Assembly: GCA_964393205.1 (NCBI GenBank)
Contig: CAYMSV010000001.1
Span: 244,581-308,580 of the forward strand
Direction of reading: 5' to 3'
Origin: an uncultured Pseudomonadales bacterium
GTDB lineage: Bacteria > Patescibacteriota > Microgenomatia > UBA1400 > PJMF01
DNA length: 64,000 bases
Part shown: positions 59,557-64,000 of the stretch, piece after piece
How the letters are laid out: each line of letters opens with the position of its first letter
Position numbering within the stretch: position 1 is the first letter of the stretch
Translations under genes and position numbers: made by a program
Notes under the pieces: model-generated
Databases searched by the model: none
Seen by the model: the letters and a program-made list of their open reading frames with translations, nothing else
What the model was told of the DNA's origin: nothing

Positions 59557-60616
59557 TTCTCGTCAAGTTTTATTTGTAACAAGAAAGTATCCTCCTGCTG
59601 TGGGCGGTATGGAAAAAATGCATTTCGAATTATCTAAATCATTGGAAAAAGTACGCTCAACAAAAATTATTGCATATGGTGGCAGTCAAAAATTTTTACC
59701 AGTTATTTTACCAATTTTGTTTTTCCGAACAATTTTGTTTATTTTTAAATATAAGTCAGCAGATATTATTTTAGGTGATGCTTTACTTAGTATTTTTATT
59801 CCTATTTTAAAATTGTTTGGTAAGAACAAAATTATGGTAATCGCTCACGGTTTAGATATTACCTATAATCGTTTTTTTTATCAACAAATAGTCATACCTA
59901 ATCTGAAGAGGGCCAACATTGTTGTTAGTATTAGTAATGCTACTAAAAAGGAACTCATAAAAAGAGGAATTTCAGAAACACAAGTTAATGTGATACCCGT
60001 TGGTATTAATATTAGTAATTATCAAAAAGAGATTAATTTAAAACTAGTAAAGAATGAATTAGCAAAAAAAATTAATTTAAATTTATCTAATAAAAAATTG
60101 TTATTGACGGTTGGTAGATTAGTTGAAAGGAAGGGACATGCTTGGTTTATAAACCAAGTTATGCCACTTCTAGATGATGATTTTATTTATTTAATTATCG
60201 GAGAAGGTGAACAAAGAAAAAATATTGAAGAATTGATTGCTCACAAAAAATTACAAAAAAGAGTTTTTTTGCTTGGGAAAGTTAATGAGAACTATAAGAT
60301 TGAATTATTGAGATTAGCTGATGTTTTTATCATGCCCAATATTGAAGTTAAAAATGACCCTGAGGGTTTTGGTATTGTGGCTTTAGAAGCAGCAGCAGCT
60401 GGTTTGCCAATTATAGCAACCAAACTGGAAGGTATAAAAGATTCAATTGCAAACAATTTGAGTGGTTATTTAATAAAGTATATTAACGCCGACATATTTG
60501 TTAAAAAAATAATTAAAGCGATAAAAAACAAAAAATTAAAAAATTCTTCAATAAAATATGCTTATCAATTTTCATGGGATCTTATAATTAATAATTACTT
60601 AAAAGTGCTAGTGTAA
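59546..60616 (+). CDS. Glycosyltransferase family 4 (GT-B)
   Basis: C-terminal EGFGIVALEAAAAGLP motif. Confidence 0.75.
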   Translation: MHPNSRQVLFVTRKYPPAVGGMEKMHFELSKSLEKVRSTKIIAYGGSQKFLPVILPILFFRTILFIFKYKSADIILGDALLSIFIPILKLFGKNKIMVIAHGLDITYNRFFYQQIVIPNLKRANIVVSISNATKKELIKRGISETQVNVIPVGINISNYQKEINLKLVKNELAKKINLNLSNKKLLLTVGRLVERKGHAWFINQVMPLLDDDFIYLIIGEGEQRKNIEELIAHKKLQKRVFLLGKVNENYKIELLRLADVFIMPNIEVKNDPEGFGIVALEAAAAGLPIIATKLEGIKDSIANNLSGYLIKYINADIFVKKIIKAIKNKKLKNSSIKYAYQFSWDLIINNYLKVLV

Positions 60617-60625
60617 CTATAAAAC

Positions 60626-61456
60626 ATGAAAGCTTCTGTTTGTATTACTAGATATTGTGAGTCAGATTCTATATTAATTAGATGTCTTAACAGTATTTTT
60701 AATCAAAAAAGCATTTTTTTAGAAGTTGTAGTAATTGATCAAAAACCAACAAAAAAAATTGAAAATTTTTGTTTAAAAAACAAAAACAAATTACCAATTA
60801 TTTATAGGAAAACAAAACCATTGGGTTTGTCTGTTGCAAGAAATGTTGGCATCACTGAATCAAGTAATGATTTTATTTTATATCTAGATGCTGACGCTAC
60901 GGCAGAAGAAAATTGGGCTTATTTTTTAACAAAAACTCTCAATAGAGATAGAGTTGCAATAGCAGGAAGTAGAATACTTCCTTTGTGGGGGGAACGAGAA
61001 CCTATTTTTTTAAAATCGAAAGTAATTTGGGAACAATATTCAATGCTTGATTTTGGTGAATTAGAAAAAGAAACCACTAAAATAATTGGTGCTGGATTTG
61101 GTATTGATAGAAAAAAAACGAAAAATCTAGTATTTAATACTAGGCTTGGAAGATTTAATGGAAATCTTTTAGGCGGTGAAGAAACAGAATTCTGTAAGAA
61201 GATGAGAAACAAGGGATTTTTAATTTTCTATAATGGAAAATCATTGGTTTATCATCATGTATCTAAAGAAAGAACTACCTTAAATTGGCTAATTAAAAGA
61301 CTTTTTGCGGCAGGAAGAAGCCGTTTAAATCAAGGGGGGTATCCAAAATCCACTCATAAAAAGAATGTTTATGACCTTGTTTTTATGCCTCTAATTGTTG
61401 TTCCCTATATTTGTGGTTTAATATTTCAAAAACTAATTACTATCAATAATGATTAA
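60626..61456 (+). CDS. Glycosyltransferase family 2
   Basis: GT2 fold (VVVIDQ, YLDADA). Confidence 0.65.
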   Translation: MKASVCITRYCESDSILIRCLNSIFNQKSIFLEVVVIDQKPTKKIENFCLKNKNKLPIIYRKTKPLGLSVARNVGITESSNDFILYLDADATAEENWAYFLTKTLNRDRVAIAGSRILPLWGEREPIFLKSKVIWEQYSMLDFGELEKETTKIIGAGFGIDRKKTKNLVFNTRLGRFNGNLLGGEETEFCKKMRNKGFLIFYNGKSLVYHHVSKERTTLNWLIKRLFAAGRSRLNQGGYPKSTHKKNVYDLVFMPLIVVPYICGLIFQKLITINND

Positions 61457-63344
61457 GACTATAATAGACTATTTTCTAGCAAATTCGCCAATAAGAGGTT
61501 TTCCTGGAAACTCAGTCCTTGGAACTTTTTTAATTATTATTATTCCATTATTAATAGGGATTTTTATTAAACATTTATTTTATAAGAACAAGTGTTTACA
61601 AAAAAATATTTCAAACTTGATTTTTGCTATTCTTATCTTAATTCTTTTATATTTTATTTTTTTAAACAAGTTTGATGTATACCATTACTATATTTTTTTT
61701 ACCATAACCTTTGTTTTATCTCTATTGTATTGGGGATATATTTTATTGATAAAAAAGGATAACTCTATTTATTTAAAATCTTTTCTTAATGAAAAACTCA
61801 ATGAAAAAATTGAGGTATCTAGAAACAAATCACGTTTTCAATTTATTTATTTAGTTATAGTGGTCACATCACTTGCATTTATCAACATACTCTTAATAGG
61901 TGGAGATTTTAAAAAGGTTGTTGGAGCTGATACTTGGTGGCATATTGCTTCTTCTATAAGAATTAATGATGTGCTTAGATTTAGAAATCCATTATTTAAC
62001 AATGCAATTAATCATTATCCACCCTTATCATATATTTTACCGAATATATTAAGTAAAATTGGGTTGTCAATTACTCAAAGTTTTAATTTTTTAGCAATAT
62101 TATTTAATATTTTGAATACACTTTTATTTTATCTTGTTCACATAAAAATTATTAAAAATAAACAAGCAGCCTTGGTTTCAGCTTTATTAACATCAAAAAT
62201 AATTGCTGATTATACACCCGCGGTTTTAGGTTACTTTTTATTAAATTTATCATTATTGGTTTTTTATAAATTCCTTCTGTCTTCCAAAAAAATAATATAC
62301 TTATTTTTTTATCTAATAACAATAACTTTAATTTTACTAACTCATTATGAGTTTTTTATAATTTCTTTAGTGATACAATTTTTTTTCTTAGTTTTTTATG
62401 TATTATTAAAAATAAAATTAACCAAACAAATTATAAAACAACTAAACCAACTTTTTCTTTATGCTGAAAAATATATTTATTTTCCAAACGAGTATATTAT
62501 TATTATTTTAGGAATACTCATATCAATTTATTTAAACTTTGTTAACAAAGAAGCTCTTGTTTTAAAATCAGAACTTCCCATGAATCTATATAATAACATC
62601 TCAATATTAAGTTTTTTCTTTATAATCTATATACCAATTTATTTAATAAAAGAAAAAATTATAATTCATCATAAAATTTTATTTATTTCTGTTTTATTTC
62701 TTTCTACAAATACTTTTTTTTACTTTATTCGTATTTTTAATATTCATCATGTTCGTTTTTCAGAATATGCTTTTAGTGTCATTGCTTATCCAATAATAGT
62801 TAATGAACTTTTTAAAAAATTTTCAAGAACAATTAACAAACTTTCTTTTACGATAGTTTCCATATTAGTTCCATATTCTATAATATCTTCTTTTTATCCA
62901 AATTATATAAAAGCATCTGAATCCGCATATATTAACAAAATTAAACAAACATCGGCCTTGGGTTTGGAAAGGATTGATAGCGAAGCAGTTGTTTTTATTG
63001 AGCCAAGTGATCTTCTTATTAGGTTCTTTGCTCTTAATTATAATTTTAAAATTTTTGCTGTTAGCCTAAATAACAATGCTGGATCAAGACCTTTGACAAC
63101 AATTCCTGATTTGGTTGAAACTTTTGGTTTTTTTGACATAAAAAAGAGATTAAAATTAACTGAAAAATTTTTGGATACTGGGGATGTGAATTTATTAAAA
63201 AATAGTAAATATAAAATTAATTATCTCTTATTTAGTCATGATTATTTTAACAAGGTAAACAAAAAACGATTATTTGAAATTAATGATGTTAGTATTATTA
63301 ACCAAAACAGCTTTTACGTTTTGATAAAAATTACAGACTTATAA
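61449..63344 (+). CDS. Large polytopic membrane protein (about 14+ TM helices), possibly a GT-C-like glycosyltransferase or polymerase; markedly AT-rich
   Basis: Hydrophobic throughout. GADTWWHIASS loop. Ile/Lys/Asn/Phe/Leu/Tyr codon bias unlike the neighbouring genes. Confidence 0.45.
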   Translation: MIKTIIDYFLANSPIRGFPGNSVLGTFLIIIIPLLIGIFIKHLFYKNKCLQKNISNLIFAILILILLYFIFLNKFDVYHYYIFFTITFVLSLLYWGYILLIKKDNSIYLKSFLNEKLNEKIEVSRNKSRFQFIYLVIVVTSLAFINILLIGGDFKKVVGADTWWHIASSIRINDVLRFRNPLFNNAINHYPPLSYILPNILSKIGLSITQSFNFLAILFNILNTLLFYLVHIKIIKNKQAALVSALLTSKIIADYTPAVLGYFLLNLSLLVFYKFLLSSKKIIYLFFYLITITLILLTHYEFFIISLVIQFFFLVFYVLLKIKLTKQIIKQLNQLFLYAEKYIYFPNEYIIIILGILISIYLNFVNKEALVLKSELPMNLYNNISILSFFFIIYIPIYLIKEKIIIHHKILFISVLFLSTNTFFYFIRIFNIHHVRFSEYAFSVIAYPIIVNELFKKFSRTINKLSFTIVSILVPYSIISSFYPNYIKASESAYINKIKQTSALGLERIDSEAVVFIEPSDLLIRFFALNYNFKIFAVSLNNNAGSRPLTTIPDLVETFGFFDIKKRLKLTEKFLDTGDVNLLKNSKYKINYLLFSHDYFNKVNKKRLFEINDVSIINQNSFYVLIKITDL

Positions 63345-64000
63345 GAGAACTTAAAAAAATTACATTCTTTTTTTTTAAAAACTTTTTAGTTACTTTATCT
63401 ATTTTAATCTCATCGAATAGTGGAAAAAGATATATTTTTTTATTTATTTTAACGTTTAGTAAAGAAGATGAACTAATTGTAACTCCTAAGCTTTTTTTAT
63501 CGAATGTAATCAACTCAGCGGGAATATTACTTAATAATGTACAATTAATGTTTTTAAAAATCATTCTATTCTCTCTTGGATGGGGTTTTATATAAAGATG
63601 ATAACTATAATTTTTACAATATTTTTCTAGTGTTTCTAATAAATTTAAAAATGTGCTTTTTGAAACTCCTCGTAATTCATCATATGGCTGAGAGAAAAAA
63701 ACAACTCCTTTTTTTGATATATCAAAATTAAATAAAGATTTTTTAAATAAACTCTTAATTTTATCTTTATTTTTTTCAACAAAATAAAAAGAATTTTCAT
63801 TATAAATATGATCAATACCTTTTTTATTTATTAAGGAAACTTCACTAACATACAAGCTTTGATTTAATTTTAATTCACCAATATATTTTAATTTTTTCAT
63901 TTTAAAAATGATATCTAAGAACAAATCAATTAATTTTTTTTTGTTTTGATTTAGTGTGCTGGAATAAATGCCAACCCCTTCTTCTAAAAGGAAAAATTTA
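63331..64000 (-). CDS. AT-rich hypothetical protein; frame stays open to the window end (possibly partial)
   Basis: Track ORF is 63331..63924, but the in-frame minus-strand reading has no stop up to position 64000. Confidence 0.4.
   Translation of the reverse strand, partial: KFFLLEEGVGIYSSTLNQNKKKLIDLFLDIIFKMKKLKYIGELKLNQSLYVSEVSLINKKGIDHIYNENSFYFVEKNKDKIKSLFKKSLFNFDISKKGVVFFSQPYDELRGVSKSTFLNLLETLEKYCKNYSYHLYIKPHPRENRMIFKNINCTLLSNIPAELITFDKKSLGVTISSSSLLNVKINKKIYLFPLFDEIKIDKVTKKFLKKKNVIFLSSLISL

Noticed and set aside
1-64000. CRISPR arrays, transposases/IS elements, integrases, toxin-antitoxin pairs or known defence-system domains
   Set aside because: No regularly spaced direct repeats and no ORFs with recombinase, nuclease, ATPase or toxin signatures were found. 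The accessory content is glycan biosynthesis rather than mobile or defence genes.

Overview
This 64-kb window is an AT-rich, tightly packed bacterial chromosomal segment that uses genetic code 11 (TGA is a stop, for example at the end of ftsA). Non-ATG starts (GTG/TTG) and short gene overlaps are common. It mixes housekeeping operons with an unusually large amount of glycan-assembly machinery.

Housekeeping content:
- The N-terminal part of dnaE, running off the window start.
- gatC-gatA-gatB, htpX and lemA.
- Three tRNAs: Asp-GUC, Gly-CCC and Thr-CGU.
- A split division/cell-wall (dcw) cluster: lepB, then murB-murA-mraY-ftsW-murG-(ftsQ-like)-ftsA-ftsZ on the plus strand, and mraZ-rsmH-(ftsL-like)-ftsI on the minus strand about 7 kb further on.
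- ileS, preceded by what reads as a T-box leader.
- A second SEDS protein, then rplU, an RNA-methyltransferase-like gene, and rpmA.
- An orphan parB, glyQS and a short recO.
- ruvC-ruvA-ruvB.

Glycan content: roughly 25 kb around ruvCAB, plus a smaller set at 9.5-12.6 kb, is envelope-glycan biosynthesis. It includes two GT-C (PMT/ArnT-like) membrane glycosyltransferases, two DPM1/GtrB-like polyprenyl-phosphate sugar synthases, a UDP-glucuronate decarboxylase (UXS), two Wzx flippases, three Wzy_C ligase/polymerase-like proteins, about eight GT4 and four GT2 enzymes, a priming phosphoglycosyl transferase, a ManC-like nucleotidyltransferase and an acetyltransferase.

The most noteworthy items are the apparent Ile T-box attenuator, the two polyprenyl-phosphate-sugar/GT-C extracytoplasmic glycosylation modules with ruvCAB lying between them, a methyltransferase sitting in the rplU-rpmA operon, and a compositionally distinct, more AT-rich 3' end that encodes a 631-aa polytopic membrane protein.

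The gene complement (PMT-like GT-C enzymes, compact dcw genes) would fit a Patescibacteria/CPR-like organism, but that cannot be established from this sequence alone. No CRISPR arrays, transposases, integrases or recognisable defence-system genes were seen.
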